Notes: generated by a model not told the origin, from the letters alone. A DNA stretch of 64,000 bases from Candidatus Poribacteria bacterium (GCA_965197475.1 CBDANF010000003.1:1888001-1952000), one strand, 5' to 3'; positions 1 to 10,769 are shown, counted from the stretch's first letter. A program made the numbers and translations.

Positions 1-868
1 AATGTCCAATCAACATTGTTGTCTGCGGTAGATCCTTAGAGATATGGTTGACAGAAGGTTTAGGAACGTTTTCAACCGCAAGTATGATTGGAAAATCTAT
101 CTCAGTCTTTTCCCAACCTTCAAACACTTTCTTAAGTTGTGCGATCAACGTTTCTGTGTCAAAATCGCCGGTAATCGCAAGCATCATGTTATTGGGATGG
201 TAGTATTTGGCATGAAAAGCCTTGAGATCCTCTACTGTGATACTCTCAACATGGTCTATTTCAGAATACCATCCGAACGGATGATCTTTTCCGTAAAGAA
301 TCTCGGAGAAGTTTCGCCATGCTAATTGGATGGGATTGTCATTCCGTCTACGTATTGCTTCAATGGCTTGCTGTTTTCGAAGTTCTAATTTATCTTCACG
401 GAACGCGGGGTTTCGTAGCACGTCAGCGAAGATTTCTAATCCCTTTTCAATATCCTCCGCCATCGTTGAAAGGCTGATCGAACCGTATTCGGCAGACATG
501 CTTATTTCAACAGAAGCTGCCATAGATTCGAGTTCTTCGTTCAATGCATCCGGTTCACGGGATACTGTGCCGCCCATTCGCATGACACTCGCGAAAATAG
601 AGGCTAATCCCACCTTGTCACTTGAATCATAGATAGTGCCTGTCCTAACAAGTCCACTAATGTCAAATACCGGTAATTCGTGGTCCTCAAGAAGGTATAA
701 CACCATTCCGTTGGAAAGTTCATGTTTTTGTGGTACCGGTGGCTTAAACTGAATGGGTTCAAATGTCAGTTCTTCATGAGGTTTTGCACAAATTGGCATG
801 CTGCCCAAAACAATAAAACAGGCGATGAGTATACTGATGAAAAGTTTAGTTGTGATCTGTTTCTGCAT
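1..868 (-). CDS. M16 family peptidase partner subunit, runs off window start
   Basis: Manual minus-strand translation MQKQITTKLFISILIACF...HELSNGMVLYLLEDHELPVFDISGLVRTG; ATG overlaps the stop of the upstream M16 gene (TAATG at 866-870). Confidence 0.85.
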   Translation of the reverse strand, partial: MQKQITTKLFISILIACFIVLGSMPICAKPHEELTFEPIQFKPPVPQKHELSNGMVLYLLEDHELPVFDISGLVRTGTIYDSSDKVGLASIFASVMRMGGTVSREPDALNEELESMAASVEISMSAEYGSISLSTMAEDIEKGLEIFADVLRNPAFREDKLELRKQQAIEAIRRRNDNPIQLAWRNFSEILYGKDHPFGWYSEIDHVESITVEDLKAFHAKYYHPNNMMLAITGDFDTETLIAQLKKVFEGWEKTEIDFPIILAVENVPKPSVNHISKDLPQTTMLIGH

Positions 869-2385
869 TATTCACTGTCCTCCTCGTTGCTACTTTCAGA
901 TGACACGGATTCCTTCTTAACGAGTGTAGCTACGGTACGGTTGCTCTTTTTAAAATAGGTTTGTGCGACCCTCATGATGTCATCGGGCGTAATCTCATAC
1001 ATCTTTTTTCGCCAATTGAGTATGTACCGCCAATCTCCAGCTATACCTTCGTAGAAAGCGAGTTGATTTGCCATTCCGGCGTTTGAGCTGAGGTCGCGGA
1101 TGAACCCAGCGTCAATTTGTTTAAGGATACGTTTAAATTCCTTTTCCGCAACGGGTTCGGTTTTTAGTTTTTCGAGTTGAGCATAGATTGCCTCCTCTAC
1201 TTCAACTGTCGTATTTGGTGAGCGAGGCGTAGCACTAACTACGAATAGATTATCGTAACGTGCACCAGGGTACCCATTTATTGAATCAGCAGAGACGGCT
1301 ATGCCTTCTTCAACGATATTTTTATAAAACCGGGATGTCCGTCCATCCGAAAGGATAGCACTAATCATGTCCAGAACGTAATCGTCAAAATGCGGGATTG
1401 TCGGTTTATGAAATCCAATCATCATCTGTGGTTCAGCGTCAAATTCTACCTCAATCCTGCGTTCCCCTTCCTGAGTAGGTTCTTGCACAGTAACTTCATC
1501 GGGGAGCGGTTGCGATGGAATATCACCAAAATATTTTTCAATCAGTTTGATGGTTTTTTGGACATCAATATCTCCGACAATAACCATCACTGAATTATTT
1601 GGTGCATAATGGATGCGGAAGAATTCTTCTGCTTTTTTTCTATTGAGCATCGCTATGTCGGAAGGCCATCCGATAATTGGCATTCCGTAAGGGTGCGCCG
1701 TGAAAGATGCAGCGATAAACTGTTCGTATAGTTTGCCACCAGGACGCGTATCCACAGCCATCCGGCGTTCCTCTTTGACGGCTTCGCGTTCGACATAAAA
1801 TTGACGAAGTACAGCGTTTTTAAGTCGGTCAGATTCAAGCATTGCCCACAATTCTAATTTGTTAGATGGTAGTTCGACCGTATAAATCGTATAGTCCACT
1901 GAGGTACCCGCGTTGAATCCGGTACTACCGTGTTGGGTATAGATTTCGGTATATTCGCTAGAGACGACCCATTCCTTGGCGATTTCCTGTTGTGCTTTAA
2001 GTGCTTCTTCCAATTCGGTAATTTTTGCTGCGTCTGCCCTTGCACCTTTGGCACGCTCCATGTCAAGCGCGTCACCAATTTTATCTATTTCAGCCAGCAC
2101 AACTTTTTCTTTTTCATAGTCTATTGTGCCGATTGTTTTAGTCCCTTTAAACAGCATGTGTTCAAGCATGTGTGCAATGCCACGCGCATCGTCAGATTCA
2201 TCTACGGAACCTGCTTTGAAAAGAATGTAAGGCGCGACAGTGGGAGAGGTGTGACGTTCAATCATCAACAGTTTTAAACCGTTGGGGAAAGTATGTTCCA
2301 CCACCCGGTCTGCAAGATTTTGTGCTGATGCTATTCCGTGCAATGCAACAAAGAACAGAATCAGCAAATAACGTATCTGTTTCAT
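868..2385 (-). CDS. M16 family zinc peptidase (insulinase/PqqL-like), secreted
   Basis: HMLEH inverted zinc motif, FNAGTS, HPY motif, signal peptide. Confidence 0.93.
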   Translation of the reverse strand: MKQIRYLLILFFVALHGIASAQNLADRVVEHTFPNGLKLLMIERHTSPTVAPYILFKAGSVDESDDARGIAHMLEHMLFKGTKTIGTIDYEKEKVVLAEIDKIGDALDMERAKGARADAAKITELEEALKAQQEIAKEWVVSSEYTEIYTQHGSTGFNAGTSVDYTIYTVELPSNKLELWAMLESDRLKNAVLRQFYVEREAVKEERRMAVDTRPGGKLYEQFIAASFTAHPYGMPIIGWPSDIAMLNRKKAEEFFRIHYAPNNSVMVIVGDIDVQKTIKLIEKYFGDIPSQPLPDEVTVQEPTQEGERRIEVEFDAEPQMMIGFHKPTIPHFDDYVLDMISAILSDGRTSRFYKNIVEEGIAVSADSINGYPGARYDNLFVVSATPRSPNTTVEVEEAIYAQLEKLKTEPVAEKEFKRILKQIDAGFIRDLSSNAGMANQLAFYEGIAGDWRYILNWRKKMYEITPDDIMRVAQTYFKKSNRTVATLVKKESVSSESSNEEDSE

Positions 2386-2520
2386 TTTTATATTACGGCA
2401 TTTTCACAATCAGTGCGATAAACTGACAATACCGCTCCTTTCTGTTTTTAAGCCTTCGGTGTTAAACCGGACGTTCAGTATTTTAAATATAGATTTTGGT
2501 GTGAAATCAAAACTACAAGT

Positions 2521-2557
2521 AAGAAAAAAGAAGCTCCGATGGAAAAATCGGAGCTTC
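2521..2557 (-). terminator. Intrinsic terminator after the rubredoxin-like gene
   Basis: Perfect stem GAAGCTCCGAT/ATCGGAGCTTC (2530-2557) followed by a T-run on the minus strand. Confidence 0.75.
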
Positions 2558-2564
2558 CAATCTT

Positions 2565-2822
2565 TTACTCTTTCTGGAGGTCGCCGAGTAAACCAACCAA
2601 GGCAAATCTGATATGCGAGGAGAGGGCAGAATTTTCAGCACGAAGGTCTGCTCCTTCCTCGTCTGGATACATCACATGTGCCGCAACTGAGCGTTTAACC
2701 CAACGTTCCGCTCGGTCATCGTAAGGAATATATTTTTCTTTAGGGGCAGTGCAAGCAGGACATTCGTCAGGGGGTTCATCCGCTTCTTTCCACAAATAAC
2801 CACAAGCTGTACAAACAAACAT
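2565..2822 (-). CDS. Rubredoxin-like domain protein
   Basis: CTACGY...CPAC two CxxC motifs; AAGGAA RBS upstream. Confidence 0.8.
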   Translation of the reverse strand: MFVCTACGYLWKEADEPPDECPACTAPKEKYIPYDDRAERWVKRSVAAHVMYPDEEGADLRAENSALSSHIRFALVGLLGDLQKE

Positions 2823-3109
2823 TACAAATTCCTTCCTTTTTTAGCACTTTGAAAGCGCGTTTATGGTAGTAATAAGATCAGATCGTGAATATTGCCATTG
2901 TAGCAAATTTCGTTTTGAAATGCAACGTTTAAATTATATAAGACTTAAACAATTTAGATTATTAGATTAGGTGATTTTAGTTGTTGACAGAGATATTCAG
3001 TTATATCTTTTTGTCTGAATCGCAGATTGTGCCTACAACAATATGAAGAATATGTAAGATGCACAGTGATCTGGCAGAAAGTTACACATCCGCTGAAAAT
3101 TGTCGGAAC

Positions 3110-3784
3110 TCTCACTAATTGTCTGGCACATCGTTAATTTGCAAATCTTCAAAAGGTTTTCCATCAGCATCAGTAACCCGCAGTCGGTGATGTACTCCGT
3201 ATTGTATACAGTTCCCACTGTGTTATCAAATAGACCGAGAGCCAGCCTGTATTTTCATAAATGATGCCGGTTTGTTGCATCTGTACCATTGCTTTATCAA
3301 GCATTTTGTTTTTGCTGTAATGTTCAAGCTAAGCCGAGGTTGACATTTACTCGGTAACATTTGCACGAGAACTTGAATATTCTGGTGGAATAGAATTTAT
3401 CAACGCATCTGACATTTGAATGTAACGTTCTTTGTCGTTTGCATTCTTGCTTGCATCAGCGACTTGTTTCCAAAAATAGTCCAATGAAGAATTGGCAGAT
3501 ATGATACTTAAAGCCTACATTCCGCACTTGTTTTGACCAATTTTGGTATTTTTACGACAAACACGCGTCACGAAAGGATTCGCACAGGATAATGGAGATT
3601 TTGAGTTGTGAATTAAGAGTCCATTTTCCACTTGTCTTTTTCTCCTGTTCACCTGAAATTGCTTGCTCAATGTAAGGACCACGCAGGTTTGAGAAATAAA
3701 TACTGAAAATCGGAAATCAGAAGTGCGGAATGTAGGTTAAAGCATATTTGTAATTTCTTAATGCATCATCATAGAGTTCATTCG
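3110..3784 (-). pseudogene. Decayed 3' fragment of a TPR-LamG paralog, interrupted by a MITE
   Basis: 3360-3513 plus 3743-3784 closely match 6937-7132; 3150-3350 match pieces of 11610-11640 and 12000-12170; stops and frameshifts present. Confidence 0.8.
3514..3736. mobile_element. 223-bp MITE
   Basis: Perfect 16-bp TIRs CCTACATTCCGCACTT/AAGTGCGGAATGTAGG; TTAAAG duplicated at 3508-3513 and 3737-3742; the empty site is visible in the paralog near 7086. Confidence 0.9.
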
Positions 3785-3824
3785 CAAGGACAGCGGTTTT
3801 GTTTTCATTGATTTCTTCTCTCCA

Positions 3825-6800
3825 TTACCTATCATCTGGTTTGATTTTTGCTAAGATTTCCTTCCAATCCCACAAAATTAACGTGCCATCCTCAGAGCTG
3901 CTTGCCAACGTCATGCCATCATGAGAAAAAACTAAGGATGTAACATTAGTTGTATGTCCCAATGGTAAAGATAACAGTTCACTTCCCATTTCAGTATCCC
4001 ATAGTAAAAGTTTATCATCTCTGTCCACGGTAAGTAGGATGTGTCCTGCGGGTGAGAAAAGCAGGAGATCGTCATCACCTTTTGCCTTGAATTCATTGAT
4101 TGGAAGAATTTCTTTGGGTGGTGTGATTTCCCATATAACAATCACGTCACCTTTGGTTGCGAGCATAGTACTGTCACGAGAAAACGCTAACACTTCACCA
4201 CCTTCGGGTAATGTCGCAAGTTTTTCACGTTTTTCTATATTCCATACATGTGTAGGACGAAAATGTTTGCCGTTTATTGCAAGCATTGTACCATCAGGAG
4301 AGAATACCAATTTTGTGTCAGTTCCTGAATGTATCTGAACGTCTAATTTGAATAGTTCCTTTCCAGTTCTCACATCATATAAACGTACATCTTGCCATTG
4401 ATCTACACAAGCAAGGGTTTCGGTTGTTGGTGAAAATGCCATATTGATATTTAAGTTACTTTCCTCAAGTGTGAGAGAAGGAAGTGATTCTCCGCTTTCT
4501 AAGTCCAACAAAGTAATAGTGTTTCCAACTCGGGAGAACCTTAAAGCCCTCGGATTTGTTCTGTTGAAAACAATTTTTCCATCTGCGTTTTGAGCAGCAA
4601 AAAGTGTCGCTTGCGTAGATAAAGCAGTTGCCTTAGTAAGGTTAAGATTGTCAGGTATTCTCACAGATACTTCCTGTCCAGTTTTCACATTCCAATTCTG
4701 AACTGTGCCGTTCAACATAACACTGGACAATGTTGTGTCATCTTTAGAAAAAGCAATTGATTTGACCCATTTCGTGTGTTCCGTTGCAAGGGTAGAAATA
4801 CTTTTACCTGTGTTAGCATCCCATAGTTTAATTGTACCATCATCACTTGCACTGACAAGTGTCTGCCTGTCTGGAGAAAAAGCAAGCACAGAGACGTTAC
4901 TACGATGTCCATGGAAAGATACTTGTTTACTACCAGCACTGACATCCCATAATTTAATATTTCCGTATACGTCACCACTTGCAACAGTCCTATCTTCCAT
5001 AGAAAACGCCAAAGCGGATACCCATCCTGTGTGCCCAATCAATGTTCTCAGTTTTTTGCGAGATGCCACATCCCACAATTTGACCAGATTGTCTACTCCC
5101 GATGTAGCAAGCATCTTGCCATCCGTAGAAAATGCTAATGCTTGTATCCCTTGATACTTATGTCTATTATTTTTTTTGAACAAGTTGGAAAGAAACTCAT
5201 TTAGATAAAACTTTGAATGTCCTCCAAGAACATCTAACCTCTTTCCAGTGTCTGAATCCCACAAGCTGATTTTTCCATTATAGTGTCCGAGAGCAAGTGT
5301 GCTTGTGTCACTATGAATTGCTGCTGTTGTTGACTGATCAAGATAACGGTGGTCTGTAAGTTCATCACCGGTTTTGACATCCCAATGTGCGATGGAAATT
5401 GAAATGTGGCTACTAACACCCAATAGTGTTGTTCCATCTTTAGAAAATGCTAATCCCACATTTGAGGCATAGTTATATCTTGAAGCCGCAAATCTATCCT
5501 GTTCATCTGTAGAAGGTCGAAGGGAAGAGATCTCCATTCCTGTTTTTGGATTCCAAAAATGAATAATATTATTGTCATACCCACTGCTTGCGAGGATATT
5601 TCCATCTGGTGAAAACGCCAATGCGTTGACCTGCTTCGGATAAACCATCCTCATGATGTTTTCATTACCAGTGCCTATATCATATACCCACACTCCGATA
5701 CTTGTTCCCACAGTAAGCTGCGAACCGTCAGGTGAAAATCGCAAGGTGTTGATGCCACCCCTTCCAAGTCGTCTTATTGCTTCGGGAAATAGAGCAGCAC
5801 GCGCGTTGTCACCAGTTTCTACGGGTGGAATACCAATATCAATAACCAACCATGATCTTCCCTTCATCAACCTGCGAATTGATGCAAAATCATCTATTGG
5901 ATTATTCTTGATATCAAGTTTTTCTAAGTTCTGGAAGTTCTCAACTATACTAATGTCACTGATATTGTTATTATCAAGTTTTAAAGACATAAGAATTATT
6001 AATTCAGCAAGCGGTGCTATTTCTTGGATTTGATTTCCACTCAGACTTAAGTGCCTAAGGTCTTTTATTCCTGCAAGTGGAGAAATATCGGTAATCCTGT
6101 TATTCGTTAACACAAAGTTGTACGGATGGCGCATATTTGACAGGGGTGTTATATCTGTGATTTTGTTATTACCGATTGTCAATATGTTCATCCTTGTCAT
6201 ACCTTCAAGTGCTGAAATGTCTTCAATCTGATTATGATCAATCCATAATGACCGTAGCTTTTTCATACCAGATAGTGGAGTAATATCAGAAATCTGGTTA
6301 TACATTAGGTCTAACGATGTAAGTTGTGTTAGTCCTGAGAGCGGGGTAATATCACTGATGTTAGTAGTGCCAAGATACAATCTTGTCAGCTGTGTCATTT
6401 CGTTGAACGGGGAAATGTCGCTAACTTTATTTCTTGCTATGGATAATTCCCTAAGTTCCGGCACTTGTGTAAGCGGAGAGATGTCTGATATATCATTATT
6501 ATACAGGTGCAAATTTGTAAGTTGTGGCAGCTCACCTAAAGCAGAAATGTCACTGATTTGATTGTCACCCATTGATATATACGTCAATTTTTTCAAACCT
6601 GCAAGTGGGGTTATGTCACTGATTTGATTAATATTTAACACTATACTGGATAACTCGACCGCATTCTCCAAACCTAATAAGTCCTTAATATCCTTTTGCG
6701 GGGCAGTTAATTCTGTCAATTCTGCAAGTTTCAACTTTGGAATTCTTGAATTGGGTCGCAATTCCAAAGCCTCACGTATCGCTGCTGCTAAATTCTCATC

Positions 6801-6878
6801 TGGTATTTCCACATATTCGCTGGATGAACAACCGTATACTACTGATAGAATCAGAAAAAGTGTCAATAGATATTTCAT
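3825..6878 (-). CDS. Lipoprotein with internalin-like LRRs fused to WD40 repeats
   Basis: Lipobox VYGC; LxxLxLxxNQISDITPL repeats; GH...AFSPDG...LWD repeats. Confidence 0.9.
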   Translation of the reverse strand: MKYLLTLFLILSVVYGCSSSEYVEIPDENLAAAIREALELRPNSRIPKLKLAELTELTAPQKDIKDLLGLENAVELSSIVLNINQISDITPLAGLKKLTYISMGDNQISDISALGELPQLTNLHLYNNDISDISPLTQVPELRELSIARNKVSDISPFNEMTQLTRLYLGTTNISDITPLSGLTQLTSLDLMYNQISDITPLSGMKKLRSLWIDHNQIEDISALEGMTRMNILTIGNNKITDITPLSNMRHPYNFVLTNNRITDISPLAGIKDLRHLSLSGNQIQEIAPLAELIILMSLKLDNNNISDISIVENFQNLEKLDIKNNPIDDFASIRRLMKGRSWLVIDIGIPPVETGDNARAALFPEAIRRLGRGGINTLRFSPDGSQLTVGTSIGVWVYDIGTGNENIMRMVYPKQVNALAFSPDGNILASSGYDNNIIHFWNPKTGMEISSLRPSTDEQDRFAASRYNYASNVGLAFSKDGTTLLGVSSHISISIAHWDVKTGDELTDHRYLDQSTTAAIHSDTSTLALGHYNGKISLWDSDTGKRLDVLGGHSKFYLNEFLSNLFKKNNRHKYQGIQALAFSTDGKMLATSGVDNLVKLWDVASRKKLRTLIGHTGWVSALAFSMEDRTVASGDVYGNIKLWDVSAGSKQVSFHGHRSNVSVLAFSPDRQTLVSASDDGTIKLWDANTGKSISTLATEHTKWVKSIAFSKDDTTLSSVMLNGTVQNWNVKTGQEVSVRIPDNLNLTKATALSTQATLFAAQNADGKIVFNRTNPRALRFSRVGNTITLLDLESGESLPSLTLEESNLNINMAFSPTTETLACVDQWQDVRLYDVRTGKELFKLDVQIHSGTDTKLVFSPDGTMLAINGKHFRPTHVWNIEKREKLATLPEGGEVLAFSRDSTMLATKGDVIVIWEITPPKEILPINEFKAKGDDDLLLFSPAGHILLTVDRDDKLLLWDTEMGSELLSLPLGHTTNVTSLVFSHDGMTLASSSEDGTLILWDWKEILAKIKPDDR

Positions 6879-6923
6879 AATTATTCCTATACATTTTATT
6901 CTGCCTTCATGAAATCTAAATCA

Positions 6924-9900
6924 TCAATTGGTAGACATTTGCACAAAACTTGAATATTCTGGTGGAATGGAATTTTTCAACGCATCTAACATTTGAATGT
7001 AACGTTCTCTGTCGTTTGCATTCTTGCTTGCATCAACGACTTGTTTCCAAAAATAGTCCAATGAAGAATTAGCAGATATGATACTTAAAGCGTATTTGTA
7101 GTATCTTAAAGCATCATCATAGAGTTCATTCGTAATATACGCATGTCCAAGTGTCATGGGGTAGTAATAACTCGTCCCCGTATCCCCTTGTAACGCACGT
7201 TTCGCATATTTTAGTGTTGTTTCTGGAAAGAGTCCTCTTTCAAGAAGTTCTTCAGCAAACCAACGTTGGTAATATGCACTCTGTCCGTTGACCTCTTTCT
7301 GTCGAAGTTTCAACCACTTAGCGTTGGCAATTTCAGCTTTATCGGAATCACCTATTTTATTGTAGAGATCCCCTAATATTTTGTGCAGGACCACACTCTC
7401 CTGCATTTTAGGTTCTATTTCTTCAAGGATAGCAACGAGTTTGTGCTCTTGTCCTTCGTTAGCGTAAAGTTCGTAGATAGCGCGAATTAATGAATTATGG
7501 GTAACTTGTCTGAAAGGTGCGTCTAATGCTTGCATATATACCGCTTCAGCATCAGAAATCTGGTTCTGTTTTATATATAGATTTGCTATCTTATTGTAGG
7601 ATTGGTATATTCTTGGCTCAAGTTCTATGACTTTTTCATAATAGGCTACTGCTTTTGTCAAGTACTCATTTTCTAAATTTGCCAAAATTGGACGGGTGTA
7701 AGGTTCAAGTTTGGCATTTCCAATGAGTTTGCCATCATTTTTATTCGGCGAACTATCGGAAATGCGTCCCTCCGTTTCTACGTCAAATTTCCAATATCCG
7801 ACCAAACCGGATTCATCTCCCTTCAACTGCTTGTTCATATCGGAACGAATCTGATTTTCTGTGCGCGCGATGTCCCAAATCCGCACTTCATCAATTAGTC
7901 CAGCAAAAGATGCGTGCTCAGATATTTCTTCTTCATGTGAACAACCGATGCGGAATGGCAGTGTGGTTTTACGTAAATTGTTCTGAAGTTTAAAGTTATT
8001 TCTTTGGACTTCAGAACCGTTGAGATATAACTTCATGATGTCATTTTTAGCATCAATGGTTCCCGCAACATGGTACCATTTATTTTTTTCAATCGTATTT
8101 GGCGGAGACCAAATAAATTTTTGTGGATGTCCGCCCGGGGATACATTAAAGAGAATTTTGCCTTCATCAAACAACCAAAGTGTGAATTGACGATGCGAAA
8201 TGTCCGGAATCCGTTTGTCACCTTTGAATAACACAGTCGTATAGGTGTTTAGAAAATCTGTGGGTTTGATCCATGCAGAAATCGTAACTTGTTCGGAGAT
8301 ATTGTTAATGATCTCGCTGTCCACGATTTCGACGTAACTCCCATTTCCGTCTAAGTTTAGTGCTTTGCTTTCTATGACATCTACCTTACGATCCACTCTT
8401 TGCAACAGATCACCCAACTTTATGTACCACCAGGCATTTTCAGGTTGCAGTTTAGTAAGTTTTTGATACTGCTCAATTGCTTGTTTAATTTTATCTGTGG
8501 CTTCATAACTTTCAGCAAGTTGCAAGATTAGGTTGGGATCGTTTGGGTTCATCTCAACCTTCTTCAGTTGTTCTGGTATCCATTTTTCATAGAGTTTTCC
8601 TTCTTTGGCGATTTCACGGATTGCATTTTTTGCCCTATTTCGTGTGGCTGATTCCTGATATATATCATAAGCTTCTACGTAACGTTTTGTCTCACGGTAA
8701 CTTTTGGCAAGCATTTCGCGCAAAGTATCTTGAATCCTACTATTTGTATCGCTATCACTCTTATCAATCGCGGATTTGGATAGTTCAATTGCCGGTTCAT
8801 ACATCCTATTTTCAATGCAGATTGTTGCGAGCGCGCCAAGAAACCACACATTATCTTTTTCGCTATAGGATGCAAGTGCCTGTTTAGCTTGTTTGAGCAT
8901 CTCTTTGGCTAATTCAGGCTGTTTGTTTTTTTTCAATGCAGCCGCAGCATAATAGAAATAACGGACATCGTTAGATTCTGCTTTGCCAAGTGCTTCATAC
9001 ATTTCAGCAGATTTTTGATAATCCTTTTCATCCCAATATATTTTCGCCAATATTGTTCGTGCTACAGGATTCTCTTTATTTTCTCTAAGTTTACCTTCAT
9101 AATGTGTTTTTAACACTTCAAGTTTATCTTGGCTCTTGAAAGCACCAATCAATGAATCGCGTGCAGTCTCCAATTTGTATATCACTGTAATTCTTGCCGA
9201 AGTAAAGGACCTTCGTTTGCTGTTTGTATTCGAATTCGCCTCTGTTTCATAGGGTTCTATTACTGTGTCCATTTCACCGAGTTCCACATATACCTTGAGT
9301 AATTCCGCAGATATTTTTTCTTTCTCATAAGAACTAGTTGTCATAACGAGTGCACGCCTGTAGGCATTAACTGATTTTTCCAATTCGTCATTTTTGTAAA
9401 AGTATTCTGCACGTACTTTCTGCATCTCGAATGTGATTGTACCATCATCTTCTGCCTTTTGTAACTTCTCTTCTAAATTCCCATAATAACGATAGAAATT
9501 GAGCAATTGTCGTTCAATACTTTGCCTGTCCGAATCTGATGTGGAGGATAGAATGGCATTCTTCAATGCTAATTCAGCAGCATCTACGTCCTCATTGAAA
9601 AAATATAGTTTTGCAAGTTTGAGATATGTGTGTTTATCATCTTGTTCTAATTCAATAACTTTTTCATAGTTGGCGATGGCTGCGTCTACATTATCTTCGG
9701 CTGCATAAAGTTTTGCGAGTCGTGCGTAATGGACACCAACTTCCGGCTCCGCTTGGATATATGACTGAGCGAGTTCAAGTGCCTCGTTACGTTTGCCGGC
9801 AGCTTGTAAACTATTAATAAGCGCATCTTGATACTTTGTGTTTTCTGGGTCAACTTCAAGTAGTTTGCTCCAGGTTTGAGCAGCTTTTTCGTGCTGATTT

Positions 9901-10157
9901 ATGCGTGAGTAGAGTGTTGCAAGTTGTACACGATATTCAAAATCTTCAGGTAGCACTTTGACAATTCGTTCGTAGATTTCTATTGCTTTCTCTATTTGGT
10001 TTTGCTTCACGAATTCCTCTGCTTTTTTGACGAATTCTTGTACCATCACACGCTTTTCTTCGGTGCTCACCTCTTGGGATTCAAGTTGTGCAACGAAAGT
10101 AATAACTGAGATTAACATGAGAATGACTAAGAAAAAAGACAATTTTGATCGTGCCAT
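6924..10157 (-). CDS. Secreted TPR-LamG-TPR protein, C-terminally shortened
   Basis: Signal peptide, TPR repeats, LamG motifs (TISAWIKP, WYHVAG, GLIDEVRIW). Confidence 0.88.
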   Translation of the reverse strand: MARSKLSFFLVILMLISVITFVAQLESQEVSTEEKRVMVQEFVKKAEEFVKQNQIEKAIEIYERIVKVLPEDFEYRVQLATLYSRINQHEKAAQTWSKLLEVDPENTKYQDALINSLQAAGKRNEALELAQSYIQAEPEVGVHYARLAKLYAAEDNVDAAIANYEKVIELEQDDKHTYLKLAKLYFFNEDVDAAELALKNAILSSTSDSDRQSIERQLLNFYRYYGNLEEKLQKAEDDGTITFEMQKVRAEYFYKNDELEKSVNAYRRALVMTTSSYEKEKISAELLKVYVELGEMDTVIEPYETEANSNTNSKRRSFTSARITVIYKLETARDSLIGAFKSQDKLEVLKTHYEGKLRENKENPVARTILAKIYWDEKDYQKSAEMYEALGKAESNDVRYFYYAAAALKKNKQPELAKEMLKQAKQALASYSEKDNVWFLGALATICIENRMYEPAIELSKSAIDKSDSDTNSRIQDTLREMLAKSYRETKRYVEAYDIYQESATRNRAKNAIREIAKEGKLYEKWIPEQLKKVEMNPNDPNLILQLAESYEATDKIKQAIEQYQKLTKLQPENAWWYIKLGDLLQRVDRKVDVIESKALNLDGNGSYVEIVDSEIINNISEQVTISAWIKPTDFLNTYTTVLFKGDKRIPDISHRQFTLWLFDEGKILFNVSPGGHPQKFIWSPPNTIEKNKWYHVAGTIDAKNDIMKLYLNGSEVQRNNFKLQNNLRKTTLPFRIGCSHEEEISEHASFAGLIDEVRIWDIARTENQIRSDMNKQLKGDESGLVGYWKFDVETEGRISDSSPNKNDGKLIGNAKLEPYTRPILANLENEYLTKAVAYYEKVIELEPRIYQSYNKIANLYIKQNQISDAEAVYMQALDAPFRQVTHNSLIRAIYELYANEGQEHKLVAILEEIEPKMQESVVLHKILGDLYNKIGDSDKAEIANAKWLKLRQKEVNGQSAYYQRWFAEELLERGLFPETTLKYAKRALQGDTGTSYYYPMTLGHAYITNELYDDALRYYKYALSIISANSSLDYFWKQVVDASKNANDRERYIQMLDALKNSIPPEYSSFVQMSTN

Positions 10158-10261
10158 TGAAATATATCTCCTATACTGCTACTGTGTTCATTATAAATAA
10201 ATGTGGTTCATAATTATAGTTTGAAAAAGTAAGGATAATTGGTATCCTTTGATTAAACATA

Positions 10262-10742
10262 ACGTGAGTTTGATATATGGCACATTCTAAAAATATGCGG
10301 ACATTTTCGTAGGGGTTAGGTTGCCTAACCCCTATGGGCGAGGGGAGCTCGCCCCATTAGCGTCAATTTAGGGGTCCCCAACCCGGTAGGTGCGGTTTGC
10401 AACCGCACCGGAACTTATGGAATAAACCCTCTTTAGTCCCGTAGGGACGCAATGTTTATAGAAAACGTGGTACCCCCAATCTCTTCAGCCCCGTCCGGGC
10501 GGAATGTTTATAGCAATGGGTTACCAATCCGGATATGTCGCTCGAATGGAACTAAAGAGATGTGCCTAAACGAGGTACTATAAACATATTGTCCGGACGG
10601 GACTGAATATAAGACAGTTTCAATCCTCATGCATATTGAGGAGCGTTCATAAAAACACAGATATTTCTTAAATTGACGCCTATGGGCGAGGGGACCTCGC
10701 CCCTACGAGAAGCACGAAGTCTCGTTTTTACCAAACTCACGT
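10262..10742. mobile_element. Nested miniature element (outer ACGTGAGTT ends, inner GTCAATTTA ends, REP-like hairpins)
   Basis: Outer IR ACGTGAGTTTG/CAAACTCACGT flanked by TAAACATA on both sides; inner IR GCGTCAATTTA/TAAATTGACGC flanked by a 25-bp direct repeat (10331-10355, 10679-10703). Confidence 0.7.
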
Positions 10743-10769
10743 TAAACATAAACATCAAGGAAATCCAAA

